A stretch of DNA of 36,063 bases, from assembly GCA_002269645.1 (NCBI GenBank), contig NIVC01004755.1, positions 1 to 36,063 on the forward strand. Reading direction: 5' to 3'. The notes under the pieces are model-generated. The model searched no databases. It was not told the origin of the DNA and saw only the letters and a program-made list of their open reading frames with translations. Position 1 is the first letter of the stretch. The number at the start of each line of letters is the position of its first letter. This document shows positions 32,314 to 36,063 of this stretch, one piece after another. The position numbers and the translations under genes are program-made. Origin of the DNA: Macrostomum lignano (lineage: Eukaryota).

Positions 32314-33394
32314 CCTGCTGCTTGGGGTTCAGTATCAGATACAACAAATGCATAACTATCTAAGGCTCATGAAAACCCCGTTTTTTCTTGCTATTAACGA
32401 CCCCAGTAATGTGTGCTTAGCCAACTGGATTCAGGCACCCGAAATTTATCGCTGTGTCCTCTGTTCATCACATTCATGTGTTCACTGTCGCTGCAGCTTC
32501 AAGTCCATGTAAATACACTATATATTGTGGATGCAGCACTTGAAATCGCGTCCTAATTTGTTCAAATTCGACATCAGTCGCTATTAACTTTCTGGCGAGT
32601 TTTGGCAATAACCGCGCCTTTGATGATTTGTCTATATGACTAACAGCCCATGTGGCAGCGCAAGAGAATTTTAATTAAAGAATACGTTTTAAGGTTTACT
32701 CTTCATTGATTGAATTGATTGAGTTCTTGAAGCTTGAAATTCGGCTCACATTACCATCAGTGACTCCGCGGGGAAAGATTGCTCAAAATAATTTTAAAAT
32801 GGGCCTGGACCAACCAATTGTACATTGATTTGAGCAATGTTTGACCCTCGGGGTAGTCTGGCAGTAATTTGAACCGGCCTGGGGGTACGTACAGGTTTTG
32901 ATGTATGAAGTTGTATGATTAAGCAAATTTCACTGTCAAGTTGAAGGTTATGGTAATACGCGAACAGAAGTAAACTAATGATCAACTCAATATTCATCTG
33001 CCGCGAGCCAAGGGGCAACCTTCAGCAAGGTTTAATTGCCTTGTATGCATTAAAATGCAGTACATGTAAAGCACATCCTGGCTTAATTTGAAGCGGGAGA
33101 GCGTGGCAATTCAGCCATTAACTGGGCTATGAATCAGAGGTCATTACCGTGAAGTGGCAATTCGATTAATGACAAAAATATGCCTTTTCCAACCTCGATG
33201 TGACACAAGTAACTTCAAACGCGGTGTTTTCGACTGACTTGGGTGAAGGTCTGACTTAAAAATCCGGTTAGTCTTGTCTCAGGTCACCAAAAAGCAGATC
33301 AAAGGTGGATTGTTTGGTTTTTAATTTTCTTCCATTTTCGCATCCTTATTTAACCCCAAAATGAAATGCTGTTTACGGACGCCTATTGTTCGCT

Positions 33395-36063
<2,669 letters not shown>

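Overview
Eukaryotic (animal) genomic DNA with spliceosomal introns, GC-rich exons, AT-rich intergenic DNA and many minisatellites and transposon remnants. The style suggests a flatworm such as Macrostomum, but that is inference. Three + strand genes can be reconstructed from splice sites and reading phase: a compact tau/MAP2/MAP4-type gene with 5 microtubule-binding repeats (~6.2-8.5 kb), a PPP1R16/MYPT3-type ankyrin PP1 subunit ending in a CaaX box (22364-29563), and NKAP (30830-32313), which has no in-frame start codon of its own. Mobile DNA comprises two RNase H-bearing LINEs (I-group, LOA-like), a Ty3/Gypsy pol remnant, and five non-autonomous TIR elements, two of them nested. No rRNA, intact tRNA or CRISPR array was seen. 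Most long ORFs in the supplied track are repeat artefacts.
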